Assembly: GCA_001595945.1 (NCBI GenBank)
Contig: LSSI01000015.1
Span: 1-59,889 of the forward strand
Length of the DNA: 59,889 nt
From: Thermoplasmatales archaeon SM1-50
Lineage (GTDB): Archaea; Thermoplasmatota; E2; DHVEG-1
Reading direction: 5' to 3'
The translations under genes were made by a program, and so were the position numbers. Positions 59,036-59,889 of the stretch are shown here, one piece after another. The stretch's first letter is position 1. Each line of letters begins with the position of its first letter. The notes beneath the pieces are model-generated. The model did not search any database. It was not told the origin of the DNA and worked only from the letters and a program-made list of their open reading frames with translations.

Positions 59036-59317
59036 ATGAAAACAACCCTGATTATAGGTAGTTTTCTGGCAGTATTCCTGATGATAATGCCAACAATAGG
59101 CATAGTAGAATCAAAACAAGTACAAATAATCCAAACAATACCCTCTCTTTTAAAATCCCAAGATACCGTTATACAAGTAACCCAAGAGAACTTCAAACAG
59201 GACCCGCAACCGCAACCGTTTTTATTGTTAAAATTGATGATTTGGTTCCTAAAATTCATCGCATCCTTACCAGTAAAGGTGTTGTACATTTACCTATTGC
59301 TGCTCATTTTATTTTAG
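59036..59317 (+). CDS. Small secreted/membrane hypothetical protein
   Basis: AGGAGG RBS and N- and C-terminal hydrophobic helices. Confidence 0.75.
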   Translation: MKTTLIIGSFLAVFLMIMPTIGIVESKQVQIIQTIPSLLKSQDTVIQVTQENFKQDPQPQPFLLLKLMIWFLKFIASLPVKVLYIYLLLLILF

Positions 59318-59529
59318 GTATTTATAAATGCCAGTTATAATTCATCATAGAAACAATAAATCCTATTGACGCTTCTGTATGAGAAATACCACCTCACGAT
59401 ATCTTTAATCCATCGTCTTTTTTTCTTTGTTATCGTCATAGAAGTAACCATTGGGTCAAAAAAGAAAAAGAGAGTAGTGTCCATCCACGGTACCCTGCTT
59501 TGGGGATGAGACAAACCATCAGCTACTTA

Positions 59530-59889
59530 TTATTTGATAGAGACAAAGAACAGGACGACTGTTGCATTTTGTTGCTTTGAAACAGCGTAATCTGGTATTG
59601 ACACATGGACTGTTACCACAGTTTTTCCAAACCCGACAATAGGGGAAGAAGTGATAATTCTATTCGTATTAGGCTGCAAATTTAAAATAGAACCAGTCGT
59701 TTCTTTGCCCAGAAGTACCAATCCACCTGTCAAGGTGATACTCCAATTGATTTTGTTTGCATCAATACCACCAACATTAGTCACCTTTGATTTTATCTTC
59801 AAGAACCCCCCAGTAGGTTTCTCAATCTCAAAGATTACCCCAAGGATAACAATCTGATGCGCCTCTGACCAGTCACTCTCCTCACCTTG
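59530..59889 (-). CDS. 3' end of a secreted PKD protein with C-terminal Ig-like module (runs off window)
   Basis: The frame is open to the window edge: QGEESDWSEAHQIVILGVIFEIEKPTGGFLKIKSKVTNVG...ATVVLFFVSIK. Confidence 0.85.
   Translation of the reverse strand, partial: QGEESDWSEAHQIVILGVIFEIEKPTGGFLKIKSKVTNVGGIDANKINWSITLTGGLVLLGKETTGSILNLQPNTNRIITSSPIVGFGKTVVTVHVSIPDYAVSKQQNATVVLFFVSIK

Noticed and set aside
576-59857. Most short ORFs in the track that overlap longer genes on the opposite strand or frame (e.g. 3727-4059, 20842-21153, 43789-44289, 48749-49192, 54699-55028)
   Set aside because: They are shadows of well-supported genes, with no RBS, motifs or signal peptides.
1-59889. Mobile elements, CRISPR arrays, rRNA/tRNA genes, defence systems
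   Set aside because: No transposase, integrase, repeat-spacer array or RNA-gene signature was recognised.

Overview
AT-rich archaeal chromosomal window, read with the standard code 11. It has BRE/TATA promoters and GGAGG/GGTGA ribosome-binding sites. Gene content points to Thermoplasmatota, most likely DHVEG-1 / Marine Benthic Group D (inference from content only). The window is dominated by short signal-peptide proteins and modular secreted proteins: gingipain-like C25, beta-helix + caspase-like C14, permuted NlpC/P60, S12 serine hydrolase, two 7-repeat propellers, beta-helix/PKD proteins, DUF4382 proteins and a 1072-aa GATase-like/beta-helix fusion. Housekeeping genes are interspersed: ABC exporter, site-2 protease, MscS, HPP, a tungsten AOR operon, two radical SAM enzymes (one resembling GDGT ring synthase Grs), an APC permease, a CDF transporter, a tautomerase and methyltransferases. 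I found no CRISPR array, intact tRNA/rRNA or recognisable transposase. The strongest leads are: (1) interchangeable C-terminal modules on secreted proteins, especially an amphipathic 'FERFPNAFPxLRxLL' tail that also occurs as an orphan relic and once N-terminally, suggesting an undescribed archaeal surface-targeting system; (2) three promoter-preceded hairpin sRNA candidates at 41.8-42.9 kb; (3) a 14%-tryptophan Lrp-like protein lacking an HTH; (4) a Grs-like radical SAM enzyme; (5) a TCGACA-N32/33-TGTCGA operator pair beside a tandem Lrp regulator; (6) shared promoter/leader cassettes and many decayed paralogs. All family assignments come from motif recognition by eye. No searches or folding programs were run.
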